DNA of 64,000 nucleotides from Bacteroidia bacterium (GTDB lineage Bacteria; Bacteroidota; Bacteroidia; NS11-12g; UBA9320), in assembly GCA_965216465.1 (NCBI GenBank), contig CBDCFW010000005.1, positions 640,001 through 704,000 of the forward strand. The letters are read 5' to 3'. The first letter of the stretch is position 1. Each line of letters starts with the position of its first letter. Under the pieces are notes generated by a model. The model had not been told where the DNA came from. It ran no database searches and saw only the letters and a list, made by a program, of their open reading frames with translations. Positions 51,401 through 60,206 of the stretch are shown in pieces. A program made the position numbers and the translations under genes.

Positions 51401-52484
51401 TTGCAGTTCAGATGAAGTACGCATTGATGTCAGTGATGAAGGTCCAGGAATTGAAGAAAAAGACATTGATCGAATCTTCGACAAATTTTACCAGGCGAAT
51501 ACAGGGCAGATGGACCTTGGCAGTGGAATTGGACTTGCAACCTGTGCTCAGCTTATGAAATTGATGAAAGGAGACATTGCTTATACCGACAAAGACAGAG
51601 GTAGCACTTTCTCAATTTACTTCCCTGCTGTGCACGAAGCAACAATTGCTGACTGGCAAACGACATCCGATTTCAATTTTCTGGGAAGTCATTCTGAGGT
51701 TGAAAGTGAAGAAGAAAACAATACAAGATTTGAGCATACTGTCTTGGTGGTTGAAGATTCTGAAGACATTTTAAACTATGTAGTTCGATGTTTAAAAGGC
51801 TTTTATAATGTGGAGACAGCGGTAAATGGAGAACTGGGTGTCGCCAAGGCCGCTGAAATTGTTCCCGACATAATAATAAGTGATGTAATGATGCCAATAA
51901 AAGACGGATATCAATTATGCGCAGAAGTAAAAGCCAACATTGGCACTTCTCATATCCCAGTGGTTATGTTAACAGCAAAAACTGATTTTGAGTCGAAGAT
52001 GAAGGGTTTACATGAAGGTGCAGATGCCTATTTGAGTAAACCATTCGAAAAAGACGAATTACTGCTCACACTTAAGAACCTAATCGATCACAGAACCAGA
52101 CTACAGCAATTTTATACCAGTAATGTTGAAGTTCAAGCGCCGAAGAAAGAAAAAGAACATCAGTTTATACTTCAAGTAAAGCAGGCTCTTTTCGAGAACC
52201 TGGATAATGAAGACCTTAGCATAAACCAATTGTGCGAAGAGCTTCATGTGAGTCGAATGCAACTGCATCGAAAACTAAAAGCGTTATGTGGTATGTCAAC
52301 AACCGAATTTGTGCAACATTATAAAATTGAAGCCGCGGTCGAGTTGCTTGAGCAAGAAGAACTCAACATTTCCGAGGTATCGTATCGGGTGGGCTATTCA
52401 GACCCATCGTATTTCACTCGTGTTTTTACTAAAATTAAAGGAATATCGCCTACAGAATTCAGGAAATCAGCACAAAAACAATAG
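48435..52484 (+). CDS. Hybrid two-component system (propeller sensor, Y_Y_Y, TM, histidine kinase, receiver, AraC HTH)
   Basis: YLPPGRY, FTNITHEFRTPLT (H-box), NLISNAVKF, GSGIGL, VVED..DVMMP..KPF and a C-terminal AraC HTH. Confidence 0.95.
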   Translation: MRKSVLYIHLIYTFALSIIFCLQSYGQMKGLSAENITFDSGKKLSHTQNIVEDETGLLWIGRWTGASFELDIEQDAIVTFDGHRVESPSEDFLRMLGNSHHLLGKTTEGQLIFGGDDIKFVDPIKRVVEQKFTLKDTRLLNLYGRGKIAELIQYEKEIWAVLIYKSVPASRKMMLLKSNSDNELEKVAILDSNYPMIKQRTGQSQNYIYYVDGKKVMILDKSNHELDSVAITLSDNEEIQDLEYDEYDNIFIKIGNQEYGHYGHIDTSFKLLKLNLRTHSKEYFQIPRIDGLSSTAEVLREKNYLWIYGDDFRLFQYDIESKQIVSLREPLLTSLPEHQEYTNPIFHIYRDRSGAYWAGGLNGLIRFTLRPEHIKTLMTGKNANEECLGEFCSLRGMCKDNKGNIYLSYENGIKKLDAITYESTELNLKLSAKEKLGAFDISYFDGKIFWLDKIIDPVTGEAKILFPNKTSPRFVHTLDTINEVLWLMENGNLNSIYKYDLKNQISSKIALNLFQHSEGYYEVHNLQYNHEKNTIVLCTKPFLGIIDTTGKVLEDYTLVIGSNRFGGPAMYMENASKLWSISNLVHGLREINLSTHEVKTYPFQDVTEKELEKATVFFIQRFGEDLYLGTAQGLAIFEGPSGPLRFFEEDWFSIDFEFNRSSNFANNKNLMVGTTRGLLIFNPEISKKQFNQEHNNRVNLRSLSYQDEAKGTVKFGPEQLIEQQITLPPSQRMFSLNVSVSEYLNRRNLRYSHWLEGFEEDYSSLSSEANITYSYLPPGRYKLHIKGGTTHFSRENSEVILHIYVQEYWYKSGLAYLSYGLILSLLVWLGYRFNLRRHKERNEAENLRKLDEFKSEFFTNITHEFRTPLTVILGAAGELNQGSNEQSVIQRNGKRLLNLINEILNLSKLESGKLKLLLVQIDIVSYLKHHVNLYHSFAATKGQSIEFKSNLSEFYVDVDQSKLQTVLENLISNAVKFGPRDSTIRVELTCSSDEVRIDVSDEGPGIEEKDIDRIFDKFYQANTGQMDLGSGIGLATCAQLMKLMKGDIAYTDKDRGSTFSIYFPAVHEATIADWQTTSDFNFLGSHSEVESEEENNTRFEHTVLVVEDSEDILNYVVRCLKGFYNVETAVNGELGVAKAAEIVPDIIISDVMMPIKDGYQLCAEVKANIGTSHIPVVMLTAKTDFESKMKGLHEGADAYLSKPFEKDELLLTLKNLIDHRTRLQQFYTSNVEVQAPKKEKEHQFILQVKQALFENLDNEDLSINQLCEELHVSRMQLHRKLKALCGMSTTEFVQHYKIEAAVELLEQEELNISEVSYRVGYSDPSYFTRVFTKIKGISPTEFRKSAQKQ

Positions 52485-52518
52485 TGTAACCTTCTGATTA
52501 TATGGAATTTATTAGGCA

Positions 52519-52549
52519 TGTTACAATAATCCAATCATCAGATACAATG
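52519..52549 (+). promoter_or_regulatory. Tandem operator TGTTACAATAATCCAATCATCAGATACAATG directly after the HTCS gene
   Basis: 21-bp period. Starts 62 nt before the TTTG at 52581. Near-identical copy at 40468..40498(-). Confidence 0.75.
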
Positions 52550-52588
52550 TTAAAAGTATAACATGCTAAGATTAAGGTCCTTTGAAGT

Positions 52589-54013
52589 ATGAAAAAATTC
52601 TTATACATCATTGCACTGGTATTATTTACCCTTTCGTACACGTCAAGCACCGCTCAAATTAGCAGCGGTTTAGAATTCAAATTGCAAAAGCTCATGGACG
52701 ACGCTGCTGAAGCCGGGAACGATGGCTTAGGAGCAGCAATTATATTTCCTGACGGCTGTACATGGGAATCGACCAGCGGAAATGCATTCCCTAACCAGGA
52801 AGTTTCTCCTTCTCTCAGATGGGATTTTGCTAGCAACGCTAAGATGATGACAGCGGTTGTGTTGCTTCAAATGCATGAAGAAGGCAAATTGAGCATTTAT
52901 GATTCAATAGGAACTTACATTAATTCGCTTGATTATCAATATTTAGACGGATCTCAAACGTTGCATCAATTTATGACTCACACTACGAATGTAACTAACT
53001 CGTATACCCCAGACCCAAGGTCTGCTCTTTGGGACAGCATCTGGGCAGATCGCTCAAAAATTTGGGACCCCGCTGAATCGATTAAAGCACCTTTCGCTCA
53101 ACCGACAACTCCTAATCCTAATCGAGTGCATCGTTATATTGGACATAATAACTACATTTTTCTTGGCGAAGTAATTAAGGCAGTTAGCAGCAATACACTT
53201 CAGGATGAATTCGACGAACGTCTTTTTACACCATTTGGACTTAGTAGAACGAGCTTGGCAACAAATGGGTTTAGCATGGACTCCCTGAACGGCGTGTACA
53301 ACGACAATAATTCAGTTGGTGGCTGGAATCACAATTCGTATCTTAGCTCAAAAGGGGCTTCCGGTGCTTTAATATCTTCACCAATGGATATTGCTCAATT
53401 CCTATGGGCCTTGCATCATGGTGACATCATTTCAGATTCTAGTCTAGCAATAATGACAACGATTACGCCAGGAGCACCAACCTATGCACCTGGAATGTGC
53501 TTATCATACCTTGCTTCATACTATGGTGCCGGCTCTAATGTTTTGTTTGCCTCTAAACAAAATTCGAATGACACGATAATAGCTTATGGTCATGGCGGGA
53601 TTGGACTTGGCGTAGCTTCATCATTTTACATCAAAAGTCTTGATCTATCTTTTGTATTAATCAATAATGATTTTAAGTCACTAGGCCGAAGTACAAAGTT
53701 GTATACCGATATGATTTGCTTGCTAATGGAAGAGATTGAAAATGACCCATGTGGCTTAGCTAGTATAGAACAAGTTGCTCTAAGCATAGGCATCAGTCCA
53801 AATCCTGGAACAACGCAAATCAGCATCAACTTGCCACAAACAATAAACTCAGGAACGATTGAAGTTTATAATACTACAGGAGTTCAAATTCATTCGGCGA
53901 ATATTTCGCGTAGCCAAGTTGAGTTTGACATGGTTGAGGCAGCAACCGGCACTTATTACATTAGAATTTCATCGCCTAATGAACAAATAATCAAACGCTG
54001 GATTAAACTCTAG
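52589..54013 (+). CDS. Serine hydrolase (PBP/beta-lactamase-like) with T9SS type A CTD
   Basis: SNAK (SxxK) and GHGG motifs. C-terminus ISPNP..VYNTTGV..GTYYIRI..WIKL. Confidence 0.85.
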   Translation: MKKFLYIIALVLFTLSYTSSTAQISSGLEFKLQKLMDDAAEAGNDGLGAAIIFPDGCTWESTSGNAFPNQEVSPSLRWDFASNAKMMTAVVLLQMHEEGKLSIYDSIGTYINSLDYQYLDGSQTLHQFMTHTTNVTNSYTPDPRSALWDSIWADRSKIWDPAESIKAPFAQPTTPNPNRVHRYIGHNNYIFLGEVIKAVSSNTLQDEFDERLFTPFGLSRTSLATNGFSMDSLNGVYNDNNSVGGWNHNSYLSSKGASGALISSPMDIAQFLWALHHGDIISDSSLAIMTTITPGAPTYAPGMCLSYLASYYGAGSNVLFASKQNSNDTIIAYGHGGIGLGVASSFYIKSLDLSFVLINNDFKSLGRSTKLYTDMICLLMEEIENDPCGLASIEQVALSIGISPNPGTTQISINLPQTINSGTIEVYNTTGVQIHSANISRSQVEFDMVEAATGTYYIRISSPNEQIIKRWIKL

Positions 54014-54023
54014 CATGTAAAGT

Positions 54024-54063
54024 TTAGTTCCTGTTTAGAAAATTTGATCTGAACAGGAACTAA
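54024..54063 (+). terminator. Stem-loop after the serine hydrolase, probable terminator
   Basis: ttagttcctgtttaga / tctgaacaggaactaa inverted repeat followed by cttatttt. Confidence 0.65.
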
Positions 54064-54085
54064 CTTATTTACTATTATTGTGCTG

Positions 54086-54304
54086 ATGAAGCCAGCAGAA
54101 TTACGAAGCAAAATCTGGAAATTAAGATACAATGGACTAAAAGATTATTTGGCCTACTTAAAAGACCAACATAACAATCATACCGAAGGAGATCTCAAAA
54201 AAGATTATAGAGACTATATTGAAATGGAGATAGAGCGAACCGAACGCTTTATGAACAAAGCCGAGTCGAAGATCAAATCATATAATCCGACGACTTTCAA
54301 ATAG
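54086..54304 (+). CDS. Small helical hypothetical protein
   Basis: Protein-like charged heptad pattern. Fills the gap between flanking genes. Confidence 0.5.
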   Translation: MKPAELRSKIWKLRYNGLKDYLAYLKDQHNNHTEGDLKKDYRDYIEMEIERTERFMNKAESKIKSYNPTTFK

Positions 54305-54311
54305 GTAATCT

Positions 54312-55028
54312 TTAAGCTTCCCTATTATATATAACTGGCAATTCTCCTTTCCATTTTTGCCAAGAATCTTCACCCTTCAATAAATCAGCCATAAAATGTG
54401 CTACATTAATGCGGCTAGTTTTTCCCGCATTAAATATTGGATCTCGAGTAGGAGAATAGTGTACATCATAGGCTGACACCTCATTTTTATCAACCAATCC
54501 ATCAGGCCGTACTATCGCCCAATCAATATTAGGATGCTCTGCACCGATCGTATATTGCAAATATTCTGCAGCCTGCTCATTGTCTGTATGAGGTGGGAGT
54601 ATCAACCTCAGTAACCCAACTACCAGTTTATGACCAAAGTTTACCTTCTCATTCCGTTTTTTATTGCGGTTTCCACTTGTATTCATCAAAACAAAACGCG
54701 TAGTTAAATTTTGGTCTGCATTGGTGCAAAGCTTAATTACTGCATCGCGAACCAACTTTCTCGGTTTACCATATACCCCTTTAAAACTCAAATTATGTCC
54801 AAGGCAAACACCTATAGCCTCACAACCGGTCAAGCAATCTTTGAGGTCAGTATCGCTCATTTCAAGCAAGCTGGCTTGAATCGTTTTAAGATTTGTATGT
54901 GCCCGTAAGTCGTCAGGAATTCTATCTTTCGATCGAGCAACAGTTACCACTTGGTGTCCTGAATCAAGCAATTGTCTTAACAAAAGTGAACCGGTTGCAC
55001 CTGTAGAGCCTGCAAGAAATACTTTCAT
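54312..55028 (-). CDS. NAD(P)H-binding atypical SDR (biliverdin reductase B-like)
   Basis: LAGSTGATG, WAIVRP and SRINVAHFM motifs. Confidence 0.9.
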   Translation of the reverse strand: MKVFLAGSTGATGSLLLRQLLDSGHQVVTVARSKDRIPDDLRAHTNLKTIQASLLEMSDTDLKDCLTGCEAIGVCLGHNLSFKGVYGKPRKLVRDAVIKLCTNADQNLTTRFVLMNTSGNRNKKRNEKVNFGHKLVVGLLRLILPPHTDNEQAAEYLQYTIGAEHPNIDWAIVRPDGLVDKNEVSAYDVHYSPTRDPIFNAGKTSRINVAHFMADLLKGEDSWQKWKGELPVIYNREA

Positions 55029-55132
55029 AGGGGCAAGCTAATGCCAAATAAAAATCTAAAGCTAGAATATCGACGGTACCATCTTATTGATCGTTGGATT
55101 AATTCAGATCGAGTATATTTGGAAGACTAGCC

Positions 55133-56755
55133 TTGAGTCGACCAAATCAAATAAACCTAAAACTATCTCACGACGCACTTCATTGGGGAGTAGATACATT
55201 CCGTAATAAAATGACGGAGCAATATGATAGACTCAAACTCTACTTAGTTAATCAAATTGGAGATCCGTCTTATACAATCCCAGAGTCAACCAGCATCAGC
55301 ATAGTTGACAGGGAAAGCTTTGCTGAGTCTGTGGCAAAAAAACTAAAATCGACTTCGTTTGAGGGAGAAATTTCGACGAACATCTTGGAGCGATTCCTGG
55401 CTAGCAAAGGTCAATCCTACGTTGACCTTATCGAACTTTACCATCCCAATTCAAAAGCTGTACAAATTCCCGATATCGTGGCTACACCAAAGACTGGTCA
55501 AGACCTACAACTGCTCTTAAAATTTTGCCACAAAAACAACATAGTATTGACACCTTTGGGCGGTGCTACCAATGTTGTTAATGCATTCAGTAAAGGAGAT
55601 GAAAACCGAGAATGGTTAGTAGCGAACCTATCTAAGCTCAACAAGTTAATCTCGATTGATCAAGAAAATGGTTTGGTCATCTTACAAGCGGGAATTACAG
55701 GATCAAATATCATCAACTTACTAAATCCATTGGGTTATACAATTGGTCATTACCCCCAGTCGATAATGCATTCAACCCTAGGCGGTTGGCTAAGTACACT
55801 AAGTAGCGGACAGGAGTCAAACTTTTATGGTTCAATTTCAACCATATGCACAGGCTTGAAAGTGCTAACGCCATCAGGTATTCTTCAGTTCAGTCACCGT
55901 GAGACAAGCGCTGAAGGACCCGATTTAAAAACGATGTTTTTAGGTGCTGAAGGAACACTTGGAATAATTGAAGAGGCAACACTTAAGATACACAAAAACA
56001 GAGGTTCAACAAGATGGATTGAAGCCATATTCCCTGATTTCAAATCCGGAATTGAAGCGGTTAAGCTTTTAAAAGAAGAACATCTTACTCCCGACATTTT
56101 CAGGCTACAAGATTTAAATGAAGTAGTCTTGTACAATAGCTTAGAACAAGAGAAACGTTCAGAACATGTAAAAGCTAAGTTATGCTATTTCGGTAAAAGT
56201 GAAATTTTAACTGCAAAACACCAGCTGGTAAGCAAATGTCTGAAAGAATTGGCATCGTCTGTAACCACCGTGGATGTTGAAAGCACTTGGCAACAAAGCC
56301 GATTTGCGTTACCCTATCTTCGTGATTTCCTTTTAGAGGATGGCTATTTCATTGAAACTTTCGAATGCGAAGTTCTTTTTACCAAATGTGCTTATCTGCA
56401 CGAATCCATTCATAATCAATGCCAGGATTATTGGCAAAAACACAATGAAAAAGGAATTGTTCTTTGTCACGTCTCCCACATTCATCACACAACATGTGGA
56501 ATATATTTTACCGTAATTTCATTGCGTAACACAAATTCACCACGGGAACAATGGAAAGCAATTAGCGATATTTTTCTAGCAGCGTTTGACTTTTACGGAA
56601 CATCGATTACACACCATCACTCACTAGGAAACCGGCACAAAGAGATGTACCTTAAGAGAATGGGAACTGTGCAGTATAATTTGTTATATCAGATAAAAGA
56701 GCAACTAGACCCAAACAACATTTTGAACCCTGGGCTTCTAAATAAAGAAGAATGA
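55133..56755 (+). CDS. Alkylglycerone-phosphate synthase-like FAD oxidoreductase (VAO family)
   Basis: PLGGATNV, GHYPQS..STLGGW..SSGQES..YG, GPDL..GAEGTLGII, CHVSH, THHH.LG and DPNNILNPG. TATATTTG at 55114-21. Confidence 0.85.
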   Translation: MSRPNQINLKLSHDALHWGVDTFRNKMTEQYDRLKLYLVNQIGDPSYTIPESTSISIVDRESFAESVAKKLKSTSFEGEISTNILERFLASKGQSYVDLIELYHPNSKAVQIPDIVATPKTGQDLQLLLKFCHKNNIVLTPLGGATNVVNAFSKGDENREWLVANLSKLNKLISIDQENGLVILQAGITGSNIINLLNPLGYTIGHYPQSIMHSTLGGWLSTLSSGQESNFYGSISTICTGLKVLTPSGILQFSHRETSAEGPDLKTMFLGAEGTLGIIEEATLKIHKNRGSTRWIEAIFPDFKSGIEAVKLLKEEHLTPDIFRLQDLNEVVLYNSLEQEKRSEHVKAKLCYFGKSEILTAKHQLVSKCLKELASSVTTVDVESTWQQSRFALPYLRDFLLEDGYFIETFECEVLFTKCAYLHESIHNQCQDYWQKHNEKGIVLCHVSHIHHTTCGIYFTVISLRNTNSPREQWKAISDIFLAAFDFYGTSITHHHSLGNRHKEMYLKRMGTVQYNLLYQIKEQLDPNNILNPGLLNKEE

Positions 56756-58248
56756 GCACTTTACGAAAACAAGAATTAATTGATGCTCAAAAAAACACGT
56801 TTGACATACTTATAATTGGTGGAGGAATAACTGGCGCTGGGGTTTTGCTCGAAAGTTGTAGATTGGGGCACTCAAGCTTTCTGGTTGAAATGAGCGATTT
56901 TTCAGCAGGGTCGAGCAGCAGGTCTTCGCGCATGATTCATGGTGGTGTGCGCTATCTTAAGTATGGAAGAATAAGTGCTGTGCTTAAATCACTAAGAGAT
57001 CGATCTGAAGTTAAAGCAACTTTTCCAAACATTGTAAAGTTGCAACCGATTCTAATGTGTGTTTATCACTCGCCAATCAGGCTAACATTGCTTCATTTGT
57101 TCATAAGCATATATACCTGGTTAAGTCCAAAGAAAGACAGGTTCATCGCCAAAAAGTTAGCTACTAATGAAGTTTTAGACCTTCACCCTAATTTGGAGCG
57201 ACAAAATTTGGTCGGAGGTGTTCTATATCGCGATGGTTTAGCCAATGATACAGATTTAGTTATGGCTACATTATTGAAAGCTCAAAACCACGGTGCACAA
57301 TTCTTCAATTATCTAGAAGCACAAGAATTTAGGCATGAGGATCAGCACATATTTGTTAGCTGCCAAGATCATGAAACAGGCAACGTTCTAAATTTTAAAA
57401 CCAAATGCATCATTAACGCTACTGGTGTTTGGACCGACCTTTCATTAAAGAAATTTGGATTGGGTTCTACACCCATATTGCAGCCAAGTAAAGGCACACA
57501 TGTCTTAGTTTCAAAGAACATAATTGACCTTAAATCAAGCTTGATATTTAAAGACAATAAGGCTCAAAGGTATCTTTATGCTTTTAGTTGGAATGAAGAT
57601 TTAAGTGCGATTGGTACGACAGACCAGCTCCATGAAGATGAAAAAAACCGAGTGATAGGAAGCAAAGAAGAGGTAGATTATATTCTTGATAGTTATAATG
57701 CCTTAACTAAAAACAATTTATCCGTCTCTGATATTGTGGCTATTTATGCAGGACTTCGTCCTCTCTTAAATCAAAACAGCAAAAACCCTATTTCTGCATC
57801 CAGAGATTACAAAGTCTGGTCGCCCAAAGAGCGAGTAACCTTTATAGCTGGAGGAAAACTAACCTCTTTCTTAAGAATGGCTAGAACTTGTTTAAGTAAA
57901 GCTAGGTCAAATGGTTGGATATCGCCATCAAATCAGTCGACTCAAAGCGAAAAAATTCAATGGGAAATTGTTCGAGATGAATTGATTCTGTCCAAGTGCT
58001 CGGAAGAAAGTATTAAATCACATTGGCAAGCACTTAAGCTATGCCATCTTGAAGATCTATTTACGCACCGAACTGATATCACTTATCAAATGACAACATA
58101 TGACAGCAAATATGTTGACAGTATAATACAGCTTATTGCAGAAATGAACAACAATAGTGTGGAATGGATTGAAAAAGAAAAGCTTCGCTACAAAAATCAT
58201 TGGCAACAATTTCATCCTTCCTTTTTACACAAAAATTTATCAATATGA
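56752..58248 (+). CDS. glpD: FAD-dependent glycerol-3-phosphate dehydrogenase/oxidase-like protein
   Basis: GGGITG, SSRSSRMIHGGVRYL, KGTH, IGTTD, YAGLRPL, SRD and GGKLT. ATGA overlap with the upstream gene. Confidence 0.85.
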   Translation: MSTLRKQELIDAQKNTFDILIIGGGITGAGVLLESCRLGHSSFLVEMSDFSAGSSSRSSRMIHGGVRYLKYGRISAVLKSLRDRSEVKATFPNIVKLQPILMCVYHSPIRLTLLHLFISIYTWLSPKKDRFIAKKLATNEVLDLHPNLERQNLVGGVLYRDGLANDTDLVMATLLKAQNHGAQFFNYLEAQEFRHEDQHIFVSCQDHETGNVLNFKTKCIINATGVWTDLSLKKFGLGSTPILQPSKGTHVLVSKNIIDLKSSLIFKDNKAQRYLYAFSWNEDLSAIGTTDQLHEDEKNRVIGSKEEVDYILDSYNALTKNNLSVSDIVAIYAGLRPLLNQNSKNPISASRDYKVWSPKERVTFIAGGKLTSFLRMARTCLSKARSNGWISPSNQSTQSEKIQWEIVRDELILSKCSEESIKSHWQALKLCHLEDLFTHRTDITYQMTTYDSKYVDSIIQLIAEMNNNSVEWIEKEKLRYKNHWQQFHPSFLHKNLSI

Positions 58249-59168
58249 AAAAGGTCTCGTTTATAATTCATGGAAATATTAACTCAAAAAGTCGAATAGA
58301 AGCGACTATAAGAGAAAACTGCTCAGGTCACTCGATTAAATATGATATTTACTATACCGAACATGAAAATCATGGCACAACCCTAGCATCTCAAGAATCA
58401 AAAAAGGGGGTTGACGCTATTGTTTCAGTTGGTGGAGATGGTAGTTTAAATGACGTGATGAACGGCATTATGTTGGCACATGAGGAAGTTGGTTTGCTCG
58501 AGCTGCCTATACTTGCCTGTTGGCCAAAAGGATCTGGAAACGACTTTGTTCGTTCGGCAAAAACACCAAACAAATTAACTGAAATCTTAAACTTAATCAA
58601 CCAACATGCAACTCAGAATATTGATGTTAAGCGGCTAAGCTTCACCAATCGTAAAGGGGAAGATGAAAAAAGATGGTCGATGAACATAACTGACATAGGT
58701 ATGGGAGGTAAAGTAGTTGAACGCATGAATAAATATCCTCGATGGTTACCTTCTAAATTAAGGTATCAAATGGCCATATTTACTACGCTACTGACCTATA
58801 AACATCAAAAGGTGACTATTGAATCTGATGTGATTAACGAAGAAGCCGAAATTATGAACATTGCAATCTGCAACGGTCAATACTTCGGAGCAGGTTTGTG
58901 CATAGCCCCAGATGCAAAGCTGAACGATGGGATTCTAAATCTTGTGGTCATTAAGAAAATAGGTGTTTTAGACTACATAAAAGAGCTAGGAAATCTCAAG
59001 AAAAGCATTAAACTAGACCACCCAGAAGTAAGTTTCCACGAGATCAGAAAGCTTACGTTAAATCCCAAATTGCCTTTGCCAATTGATATGGATGGCGAAT
59101 TTATTGGATACACTCCACTTACAGTAGAGGTGGAAGAGCAAAAAATAAAATTTCTTTCGTCAAGGTGA
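58245..59168 (+). CDS. Diacylglycerol/sphingosine kinase family lipid kinase (YegS/DgkB-like)
   Basis: VGGDGSLNDV, PKGSGNDF, NGQYFGAG, DG.L and DMDGE. Start ATG 58245 overlaps the glpD stop (ATGA). Confidence 0.9.
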   Translation: MKKVSFIIHGNINSKSRIEATIRENCSGHSIKYDIYYTEHENHGTTLASQESKKGVDAIVSVGGDGSLNDVMNGIMLAHEEVGLLELPILACWPKGSGNDFVRSAKTPNKLTEILNLINQHATQNIDVKRLSFTNRKGEDEKRWSMNITDIGMGGKVVERMNKYPRWLPSKLRYQMAIFTTLLTYKHQKVTIESDVINEEAEIMNIAICNGQYFGAGLCIAPDAKLNDGILNLVVIKKIGVLDYIKELGNLKKSIKLDHPEVSFHEIRKLTLNPKLPLPIDMDGEFIGYTPLTVEVEEQKIKFLSSR

Positions 59169-59203
59169 CCTTTCAAACTTATAATTTCAATGCAATTAGA
59201 ACG

Positions 59204-59581
59204 CTATGCCACAACGTAAAAGAGAGACGTTCCTACCACTCCAAACAAAACCGCAAACAATATCATCCTTCGTGCTTTGGCCATATCTTTTTTGTGCATT
59301 TCATTCAACTCGACAGAAGATGTCGTTCCTACATCTCCAAAATTAAAAATACCCTTCATTCCAAAGTAAACACAAAACTTGTTATACCATTGTTGTATTC
59401 CAATACCAAATGCGGATAATGGAACAACTAATAGCAATCTCCATAATTTATCGGCTCCTGTAACCAACAAAACGGTTGCTAGAATAATTGAAATACTGGC
59501 CATTAAAACAGCGTTGTTTCTCCTAACTTTAATTTCATCTCGTCCAATATTGCAAGTTCCTGGAATGTAGTTCGGTTCCAT
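59204..59581 (-). CDS. Conserved hypothetical membrane protein
   Basis: YIPGTCNIG..E...RR and FCVYFG..G.FNFG motifs. Three TM segments. Confidence 0.7.
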   Translation of the reverse strand: MEPNYIPGTCNIGRDEIKVRRNNAVLMASISIILATVLLVTGADKLWRLLLVVPLSAFGIGIQQWYNKFCVYFGMKGIFNFGDVGTTSSVELNEMHKKDMAKARRMILFAVLFGVVGTSLFYVVA

Positions 59582-59737
59582 ATGTTTATCTATAACGTTC
59601 GGCTCTTAATTTGGTTCGTAAAGATAGTCAGTCGGAACCAATCAGCAACCCTCAACTTGCACCACTTATAAGCCTTACAATAACAATGATCTCCTTTTTT
59701 TTCGCTATACTTGAGAACACCAACTTAATTATTAATC

Positions 59738-60163
59738 ATGGAAATAACAATCAATTACATGGCAGTGGGGATTGCCGTAATCGCTAATTTTATCCTAGGA
59801 TGGCTATGGTATGGACCTCTTTTTGGAAAGGCTTGGGCCGGAGAAATGGGAATGGACATTAACGAAAAACCAGCTACTGGCGAGATGGCCAAGGGCATGA
59901 TTTTTATGGTTATTGGGAACTTTTTAATGGCCTATGTGCTAGCACATAACATTTTCGTTTGGGGATTGGTAGATGGTATGGAAGAAAATTCAGCTGTTAC
60001 TGTTTCATTAATGACCGCATTTTTTACCTGGCTAGGATTCTACGTGCCAACGCATTTAGGTGCTACCACGTGGGAGAAAAAATCATGGAAATTAACCATC
60101 ATTAATCTAGCTTATCACTTTGCAACACTGTTCGTTGCGGCAATGATCATCACATCGATGTAA
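59738..60163 (+). CDS. DUF1761 family membrane protein
   Basis: INYMAV..FILGWLWYGPLFGKAW and IN.AY motifs. Confidence 0.85.
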   Translation: MEITINYMAVGIAVIANFILGWLWYGPLFGKAWAGEMGMDINEKPATGEMAKGMIFMVIGNFLMAYVLAHNIFVWGLVDGMEENSAVTVSLMTAFFTWLGFYVPTHLGATTWEKKSWKLTIINLAYHFATLFVAAMIITSM

Positions 60164-60169
60164 GATCTA

Positions 60170-60206
60170 AAAGAGGAATCTGGTTCAAAATCAGATTCCT
60201 TTTTTT
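60170..60206 (+). terminator. Intrinsic terminator
   Basis: aggaatctg / cagattcct stem followed by a T-run, just after the DUF1761 stop. Confidence 0.8.
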
